This document shows, one piece after another, positions 58,664 through 64,000 of a DNA stretch of 64,000 nucleotides (its first letter is position 1; the number at the start of each line of letters is the position of its first letter). The notes under the pieces were generated by a model. That model made no database searches and was not told the origin of the DNA. It saw nothing but the letters and a program-made list of their open reading frames with translations. The stretch is taken from NCBI GenBank assembly GCA_964543485.1, contig CAZIYI010000002.1:4192-68191 (forward strand), read 5' to 3'. Both the position numbers and the translations under genes were made by a program. This DNA is from an uncultured Candidatus Saccharibacteria bacterium (GTDB lineage Bacteria; Patescibacteriota; Dojkabacteria; SC72).

Positions 58664-59788
58664 TTAGGTATTAGCAAGAATGATAATATAGTCACCATCA
58701 TTAACAATATACTCTCTACCATGATTTTTTATCATCCCCTTCTCTTTTGCAGTATTCCAGCCACCGACATCAATCAACTCATCTACATTAACCACATCTG
58801 CTGTAATAAAGTTCTTACCCAAATCAGTATGTATTACACTTGCAGCACTCTTAACATCTGCCCCCCTTTCAATACTCCATGCGTTACACTCCTTTTGAGA
58901 GCCAGTATAGAAGGTAATTAGATTTAATCTATCATATGCACTCATAATTACATCCTCTACTGTAATTGGCTTTTTACCCAATAATTCAACATACTCCTTA
59001 AACTCATCTTCATTCATACTAGCCAAATCAGAAAGTAATTTAACATCAACCTCAAGTACATACTTACATGCCTCATCTTTACAAATACCTCCTAACTCTT
59101 TCTTCCATTTCTCAATACTCTCTTCCTCTAAACCCTCTTTACAGTTTAGGACAATAACTCTCTGCTTGTTAGTTAACAACCATAACTCATTTACTACCCT
59201 TCTCTCATCATTAGTAAGAGATATATCTATAACTGGAATACCCTCATTTAAACCTTTAAGAACCTTTTCTAATACACTTAGTTCTAGCGCAATACTTTCG
59301 GTAATTCCAGGTCTTGAATTTCTCTTAACCGTATCATATCTCTTTTCAACACTCTCTAAATCTTTAATTATCAATTCAGATTGAACAATCTCAAAATCAT
59401 CAACAGGATCTACCCTATTGTATACATGTACAACCTCTTCACTCTTAAAAGCCCTAAGAACATATATTATTACATCAACCTCTCTAATATGAGAAAGAAA
59501 CTGATTACCTAGCCCCTCACCCTTAGAAGCACCCTTAACTAGTCCTGCGATATCAACAAATGTCATAGCAGAGGGTACAACCTTTTGGGCTTTAAAGAAG
59601 TCAGATAATCTATCTAATCTAATATCTGGTATCTGTACAACCCCAATATTCTTATCTATCGTACAGAAAGGGTAGTTCTCGGCAGGTACAGATTTTTTTG
59701 TCAATGCATTAAACAGTGTAGATTTACCAGAATTTGGTAAACCAACAATACCAAGGGATAGTGTGTGTGACCTAGTTACATTCTCCAT
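58664..59788 (-). CDS. ychF: Redox-regulated ATPase YchF
   Basis: GIVGLPNSGKSTLFNALT, NYPFCTI, DIAGLVKGASKGEGLGNQFL, TGS domain. Confidence 0.96.
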   Translation of the reverse strand: MENVTRSHTLSLGIVGLPNSGKSTLFNALTKKSVPAENYPFCTIDKNIGVVQIPDIRLDRLSDFFKAQKVVPSAMTFVDIAGLVKGASKGEGLGNQFLSHIREVDVIIYVLRAFKSEEVVHVYNRVDPVDDFEIVQSELIIKDLESVEKRYDTVKRNSRPGITESIALELSVLEKVLKGLNEGIPVIDISLTNDERRVVNELWLLTNKQRVIVLNCKEGLEEESIEKWKKELGGICKDEACKYVLEVDVKLLSDLASMNEDEFKEYVELLGKKPITVEDVIMSAYDRLNLITFYTGSQKECNAWSIERGADVKSAASVIHTDLGKNFITADVVNVDELIDVGGWNTAKEKGMIKNHGREYIVNDGDYIIILANT

Positions 59789-59873
59789 TTATCAAGATAT
59801 CTCGTAATATATTAAGATTCTGATTATACCACTTTTAAATACTCCATTTCTAAAGTAATATATCAATATATAT

Positions 59874-61727
59874 ATGAAACTGTCCAAAGCACTACTTACA
59901 ACTTTAATATTTTGTTTTACCTTACTACTCTCTTTTTCAAAAATACAGGCAATTACATATGACTTCATACTTACAAATGACACAACGGTAAAATATATTA
60001 CTGGGAATGAATATGTAGAAGTAACAAACAGTTTTAAAAGAGAAGTTAAAAACAGTAAATACTTTGTATCTACTGTGGGAGAAAAAACTTTTCATATTCC
60101 TGATATCCGCTCAAATGATGATCAGGATATTGATACTGAAAGACTTTTTAAAAAAGATTCTCTCTCTGTTAAATCTAATACTGGTAAAGATATTGAATAT
60201 ACCATTGAGGAATTAGAGAAGGGAGAAGGAATGTATATTAAAGTACCAAATTACAAAGAAACTAGGTATGGTACTCCCTATGAAGTCATATTAACATATA
60301 ATACTCATGATTTTTTAAAAAAAGTATATGATTCTGTGATAATTCAATACCCAATATTAAGTGAGGATACTCAGTTTGAACAGGAAGATGAAAGTACAAA
60401 TACAACTGCCCAAATCAATTACAATCTGAATTTTGAATTTGACAACGATATTCCACCTCTCGTTAAAATTTTCCCCTCAGAATACACTTCCAATACTCTC
60501 GCTAATGATTCTGGTACTAAATATTCCTTCTCTTCTCAACAAAGACTTGGAAATCCAATATATTTAGAATTTGGTACTAACCAAGTGTATAGATTTGAAC
60601 TTAATTTAGAAACTAAAAAAACAGATGGTTTTGTACCAGAAAAATACTCATTAAATCTCCCCTTCCTTTCTACAAATATATATCAAGTTTCTTTACCAAG
60701 GGAGTTTCAAGAGAACAATCAAAGTGTTAAAGTTGAGAAAGTGTCCCCTACCCCAACTAAACTTTTCGTAAATGAAGAGGGTAATGTCACAGCTACATTT
60801 GAAGTCCCCGCTAATACAGATAGTAACATTCAAGTATCTGGATATATTTGGCTAGAGCAAAAACCCTTAAATGACAAATTGCCAATCCCTAATCCTAAGT
60901 ACACTGGCTATGTAGAGGAAATCAGGAGAGATCCTAATCTATCAAAATATCTCCTACCTACAAATTACTGGGAAGTCAACGATACATATATTCAGCAGGA
61001 AGCAAAAAATATACTAGGTGATAACGTGTATCTTCTAGACCTTGTTAGATCTGTATATGGATATATAAATGAGAAACTGGAATACAATGATACCAAAGCA
61101 AATGATTTAACATCAAAAAGAATTGGAGCAAAAGCCGCCCTACAAGGAGGACCCTCTGTGTGTATGGAGTACTCTGACTCCATGATTGCAATACTTCGAG
61201 CACTTGGTATACCTGCAAGAGGAGCGTTAGGATACACCTCACTTAGTACCAATCAAGATGTCAAAATTAGTCACCAATGGGTACAGCTTTGGATTCCAGA
61301 TTACGGATGGTTAAGTATAGATCCAACCTACGAGAGCAGTAACATGATGATTGGCCAAAGTATTGATTACGTTCTTTGGAGTACTTTCTTTGATAACAAC
61401 ATTTCGGATATAAATGTACTTACCGCAAATATAGAAAACTTAGATTTCGATGCGAACACTTTTGAGGTTAAGGTATATGCAATAGAGAGTACTCTAGTTC
61501 CTACAGATTTAATGTCATACTCAGATATTCAAATTGAAAACAATGATGATAGTAGTACAAAGGAGTATTTAAATGTTCTCGTTAAAACAACACCTCTTGG
61601 GAAAGCATTACTAATATTACTTCCTATTACAGTAGTATTGATATTACTAATACTTTTACTTTCACTGATAGTACTTCTTGTTAAACGACTTAAAACTCGT
61701 AAAGCTTCTCCAAATCAATCGCTTTAA
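59874..61727 (+). CDS. Secreted, membrane-anchored transglutaminase-like protein
   Basis: Signal peptide; VCMEYS, HQW, WLSIDPT catalytic C-H-D; C-terminal TM. Confidence 0.88.
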   Translation: MKLSKALLTTLIFCFTLLLSFSKIQAITYDFILTNDTTVKYITGNEYVEVTNSFKREVKNSKYFVSTVGEKTFHIPDIRSNDDQDIDTERLFKKDSLSVKSNTGKDIEYTIEELEKGEGMYIKVPNYKETRYGTPYEVILTYNTHDFLKKVYDSVIIQYPILSEDTQFEQEDESTNTTAQINYNLNFEFDNDIPPLVKIFPSEYTSNTLANDSGTKYSFSSQQRLGNPIYLEFGTNQVYRFELNLETKKTDGFVPEKYSLNLPFLSTNIYQVSLPREFQENNQSVKVEKVSPTPTKLFVNEEGNVTATFEVPANTDSNIQVSGYIWLEQKPLNDKLPIPNPKYTGYVEEIRRDPNLSKYLLPTNYWEVNDTYIQQEAKNILGDNVYLLDLVRSVYGYINEKLEYNDTKANDLTSKRIGAKAALQGGPSVCMEYSDSMIAILRALGIPARGALGYTSLSTNQDVKISHQWVQLWIPDYGWLSIDPTYESSNMMIGQSIDYVLWSTFFDNNISDINVLTANIENLDFDANTFEVKVYAIESTLVPTDLMSYSDIQIENNDDSSTKEYLNVLVKTTPLGKALLILLPITVVLILLILLLSLIVLLVKRLKTRKASPNQSL

Positions 61728-63198
61728 CCCCCTCATCTAATCGGTCCTGTGCAGTAGCGTAAAGCGTCATTAGTACATCACCTTTCTCTACTTTGTCTCC
61801 AGGCATCTTGTCTACATATATACCCGCCTCTTTTATCCTTGGTGTCCCCAATGATCTCGCAATCTCTACTACTTCTCTGGTACATATATTTTTAACTACA
61901 CCTGATTTAGTTGCTTTAATCTGATATTTTAATTCTCCTGGTTTTAAATCTTTTGCTTTAACTATTTTCTTTGCTCCCTGTTGCGTAGCTATATCCCAGA
62001 ATTTCTTTAGGGCTTTGCCTGAATCTAGAATATCTTGAGCAAATTTCTTACCCGTACCCTTCTTTGCCTTCCCTACTCCTTCAAAAATCTCACTTGCCAT
62101 AGATAGGACAGTTTCCTCTAACTCTTCGGAACGTTTCTCATCCCTTTCCAAAACCTTTAAACACTCTTTCATTTCAAGTACGGGACCAACCCCATTACCA
62201 TCTGGACCCTTTACTACTCTTTTATGTGTTACACACTTAATATCAAATTTATGAAATAGTTTCTCAAACTCTCTTTTCAAAAATTCTAAATCATCCGGCT
62301 TCTCTATTTTAGTACCTTTACCATATGGCAAATCAATCAATACAAAAGATGACCCCATGGCTATTTTTTTAGCAACAATACTTACTAATACCTTCTGGAA
62401 TTCTTGTACTCTAAGAGATCTCTCAACATTGATGATTTCATCGTCAGCTGGGGCTAAATACAATGCTCCACCCCATACCATACATGCCCCAACCTTTTCA
62501 ACTACCTTGTATACTTGCTCTTTATCTAAAGCCACTGGCATAACAGTCTCTAAAATATCCGTGGTACCAGCAGGAGAAGTAATGGCCCTAGTTGATGTAT
62601 TAGGAACTACCAAGCCACCAGCAGCTAATATCGGAACTAGTATTGGGGTAATACCTTTGCCAGCAGTACCACCAATGGAGTGTTTATCAACTACAAGACC
62701 TTTATTGTTTCTAATATATTTAAAATCTAAAATCTCTCCAGATTCGGCCATACCCTTAGTCATCGAATATATCTCATCTTCAGTAAAGCCCGGATTAAAG
62801 AAAGTAGATACAAAAAAGGCAATTTCTGTCTCCTTAAGCTTCCTTGAGCCAATATCTCTCATAATTGAGAGAAGTTCCTGTTCATTCAACCTCTGACCAG
62901 ACAATTTTTTTCTAATAGCATCAAGTGCATCACTGGTAGAAGGTATATCTAAAAGCAATCTCCTACCCTCTGGGATATGATATTCCTCATAGATCTCCTC
63001 ATAGAGACCTACATTCCCGACAGTCACCTTGGTATCAGTAATTATAACTTTTACGTAAAGCTCAACATCCCTATACCCTAGTAAAACTATATCCCCCTCC
63101 TTAATGCCAAGCTCTTCCGCATCCTTCTGGTTGAGTACAACGAACAGTTCTTTGCCCGCTCCTAGATCAAGTTTTTTACCCTTTAGATATAGTGCCAT
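61690..63198 (-). CDS. AMP phosphorylase (thymidine phosphorylase family)
   Basis: N-terminal double-psi barrel, DKHSIGG, TSTRAITSPAGTTD, LAPADD, SIVAKKIA. Confidence 0.92.
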   Translation of the reverse strand: MALYLKGKKLDLGAGKELFVVLNQKDAEELGIKEGDIVLLGYRDVELYVKVIITDTKVTVGNVGLYEEIYEEYHIPEGRRLLLDIPSTSDALDAIRKKLSGQRLNEQELLSIMRDIGSRKLKETEIAFFVSTFFNPGFTEDEIYSMTKGMAESGEILDFKYIRNNKGLVVDKHSIGGTAGKGITPILVPILAAGGLVVPNTSTRAITSPAGTTDILETVMPVALDKEQVYKVVEKVGACMVWGGALYLAPADDEIINVERSLRVQEFQKVLVSIVAKKIAMGSSFVLIDLPYGKGTKIEKPDDLEFLKREFEKLFHKFDIKCVTHKRVVKGPDGNGVGPVLEMKECLKVLERDEKRSEELEETVLSMASEIFEGVGKAKKGTGKKFAQDILDSGKALKKFWDIATQQGAKKIVKAKDLKPGELKYQIKATKSGVVKNICTREVVEIARSLGTPRIKEAGIYVDKMPGDKVEKGDVLMTLYATAQDRLDEGVKAIDLEKLYEF

Positions 63199-63218
63199 AA
63201 TTTTTCGTTTTTAATATA

Positions 63219-64000
63219 TTAATCAAAAAGCCAAGTATATTTACTCTTAACTATACCAGCAATCTCCTCTGGTTTAATAATACCAAATTCGGTCATAAAT
63301 CCAGAAATCAATTTACTATCAATAATCTCAAAGGCAGGGTTAAACATCTTAATACCTTTAGGTGCATCATGCCACAATTCATGATCCTCACGAATTTCTA
63401 TAGATATATCCCTATGAGTAACTTCGGGATTTATCTTCAAAAGTGGTGAAACAATATATACTGGGGTACTTGAATAGTTCGCAGCAACAGCAATTCCCCA
63501 GCTTCCTATCTTGTTAATACAGTAACCATCTAGAGTGATTTCATCACAACCCATAAACACTCCATCTATCGGAACAGAGCCCCTACCGATTGTAAACGAC
63601 TCCGCTGCACTATCAGCAATCAAAGTAGTAGAAATACCTGCCTCCAAAAGACTTTTCGCAGTTATTCTTCCCTGGAAACGAGGTCTAGTTTCTGTACATA
63701 CTGCATCAAATGAGGACTTTCCTTGCGCAATCTCTTTTATTATACTTACAGCCGTAGATGAGTGACAATGAGTTAAAACATTTTCGAAATTTCTTACATA
63801 AGGAACACATAAATCAACAATAGCTCTCTTTGAATCCGCAATCTTAAAAAGGTATTCATCACAGTACTCATTAAGTTGCTGTTTCATATCATTTAAAGAA
63901 TGTAAATCAGAGAAATGCTGTTTAAATGAATGTGCTACATACTTGACTGCATTTCTTGCTAACGGCTCATTCAATCTTGCATTAGCCAATTTGTACCCGA
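63219..64000 (-). CDS. Ribose-1,5-bisphosphate isomerase (eIF2B-like), 5' end outside the window
   Basis: NEPLARN, LTHCHSS, TETRPRFQG, NKIGS, NPAFE; frame stays open to the window edge; adjacent to AMP phosphorylase. Confidence 0.9.
   Translation of the reverse strand, partial: GYKLANARLNEPLARNAVKYVAHSFKQHFSDLHSLNDMKQQLNEYCDEYLFKIADSKRAIVDLCVPYVRNFENVLTHCHSSTAVSIIKEIAQGKSSFDAVCTETRPRFQGRITAKSLLEAGISTTLIADSAAESFTIGRGSVPIDGVFMGCDEITLDGYCINKIGSWGIAVAANYSSTPVYIVSPLLKINPEVTHRDISIEIREDHELWHDAPKGIKMFNPAFEIIDSKLISGFMTEFGIIKPEEIAGIVKSKYTWLFD

Noticed and set aside
62357-62896. 179-aa plus-strand ORF and similar antisense ORFs inside conserved genes
   Set aside because: Antisense shadows of well-supported genes.

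Overview
AT-rich chromosomal window from a small-genome bacterium, most likely Patescibacteria/CPR and possibly Dojkabacteria (inferred from gene content, near absence of Shine-Dalgarno sites, and AMP phosphorylase next to R15P isomerase). It holds a full type IV pilus locus, femAB, holB, gyrB/gyrA, a sortase/carboxypeptidase/glycosyltransferase cell-wall cluster, an accessory block of paralogous orphan genes, a tyrosine recombinase, ruvBAC-yebC, a VirB4/TraG-like ATPase, lspA and an lgt-like gene, tRNA-Leu(CAA), dnaB, hsp20, rpmE-prfA-prmC, htrA, ctpA, rpsF-ssb-rpsR, ychF and part of the AMP salvage pathway. The best candidate for an undescribed system is 25837-27088. There, one orphan gene for a membrane-anchored or secreted protein sits in an rRNA-operon-like unit: tandem sigma70 promoters, boxA, a structured leader and a perfect SD upstream; a 12-bp long-range inverted repeat bracketing the ORF; then a complete type III hammerhead ribozyme, a competing inhibitory stem and an intrinsic terminator. 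The second candidate is a 425-bp element next to the tyrosine recombinase, bounded by perfect 14-bp inverted repeats and packed with GGGA-core repeats (possible invertible switch or recombinase site).
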